DNA from: Thermoleophilia bacterium
GTDB taxonomy: Bacteria; Actinomycetota; Thermoleophilia; Miltoncostaeales; Miltoncostaeaceae
Reading direction: 5' to 3'
Length of the DNA: 32,669 bases
Assembly (NCBI GenBank): GCA_017882555.1
Contig: JADGPH010000176.1
Span: forward strand, 1 to 32,669
Below the pieces are notes generated by a model. The model was not told where the DNA came from and did not search any database. It worked only from the letters and a program-made list of their open reading frames with translations. Below are positions 32,250 through 32,669 of the stretch, piece after piece (the stretch's first letter is position 1; each line of letters opens with the position of its first letter). Made by a program: the position numbers and the translations under genes.

Positions 32250-32669
32250 CTAGAGCTGGCGGCGGCGTACGCCGTATGTTGCAAGGCCCGCGAAGATCAG
32301 GATCCACATAAGCGTCCACATGACGTCGAGGGGCCGCGAGGCGGGCACGAAGACCGTCAGGCCGTTGATGTCGATCGTCGGTGCCGCGGGGCCGGCGTCG
32401 CTGCGGTGTTGCAGGCTGGCAATCATTGGCGAGACGATTGCGCGCGGCAAGATGCTGTAGACGGGGTCGATCAACGATCGCGAGGCGCGTTGGATCGCGC
32501 CCTGATCAAGGTCGGCCTTGAGGTTCACCACCGCCTGGGCACTGATGAACACCATCACGCCGAACACGCCGGCGGCAATCGGTCCGATCACCGAGGCCAG
32601 CGCTGCGCTCGCACACAGGACGAGTCCCGCGTTCTCCAGCGCCGCCAACGTGTGGACGGCGAGCGGGCC
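32250..32669 (-). CDS. integral membrane protein, C-terminal part (ORF runs off the window end)
   Basis: The reading frame stays open to position 32669. Several hydrophobic segments (GLVLCASAALASVIGPIAAGVFGVMVFI, VMWTLMWILIFAGLATYGV). Family not determinable. Confidence 0.6.
   Translation of the reverse strand, partial: GPLAVHTLAALENAGLVLCASAALASVIGPIAAGVFGVMVFISAQAVVNLKADLDQGAIQRASRSLIDPVYSILPRAIVSPMIASLQHRSDAGPAAPTIDINGLTVFVPASRPLDVMWTLMWILIFAGLATYGVRRRQL

Noticed and set aside
1-32669. Screen for CRISPR arrays, tRNA/rRNA/SRP RNA genes, transposase or integrase genes, long inverted or direct repeats and known defence systems.
   Set aside because: No spaced direct repeats, no tRNA-like T-arm or acceptor patterns in non-coding gaps (the largest gap is 191 nt), and no recombinase or nuclease-ATPase defence signatures were seen. 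This was a by-eye screen, so short or degenerate elements could have been missed.

Overview
High-GC window (roughly two-thirds G+C by eye) whose gene order looks like Actinomycetota. About 70% of it (998..23770) is a very compact, almost entirely plus-strand housekeeping block: def-fmt-rsmB-rpe-ribD-ribE-ribBA-ribH, then rpmB on the minus strand, then recG-rsmD-coaD-(coiled-coil protein)-yceD-rpmF-plsX-acpP-rnc-smc-ftsY-ffh-rpsP-(KH protein)-rimM-trmD-rplS-rnhB. Many junctions are ATGA, GTGA or TGATG stop/start overlaps. I found no tRNA or rRNA genes, CRISPR arrays, transposases, integrases or recognisable defence systems. The less ordinary part is 23767..31106. It holds a 705-aa single-chain PafBC-type regulator (two HTH-WYL modules) followed by a VOC/glyoxalase-fold gene and facing a small orphan ORF. 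Next come a CoA-type Nudix hydrolase back-to-back with a 249-aa orphan, an ABM-like protein and a divergent isocitrate/isopropylmalate-dehydrogenase-family enzyme. Last is a tight minus-strand operon (DUF1802-like, 109-aa orphan, winged-helix-like protein, unlisted 36-aa membrane microprotein) diverging from the futalosine-pathway radical-SAM gene mqnE. Six of these accessory genes have a TANNNT box 6-7 nt upstream of the start codon and no Shine-Dalgarno sequence, which suggests leaderless mRNAs and fixes their start sites. I cannot show from sequence alone that any of this is a new system. The PafBC-like locus and the DUF1802 operon are the best candidates. All functional calls rest on motif recognition by eye; no database search was run.
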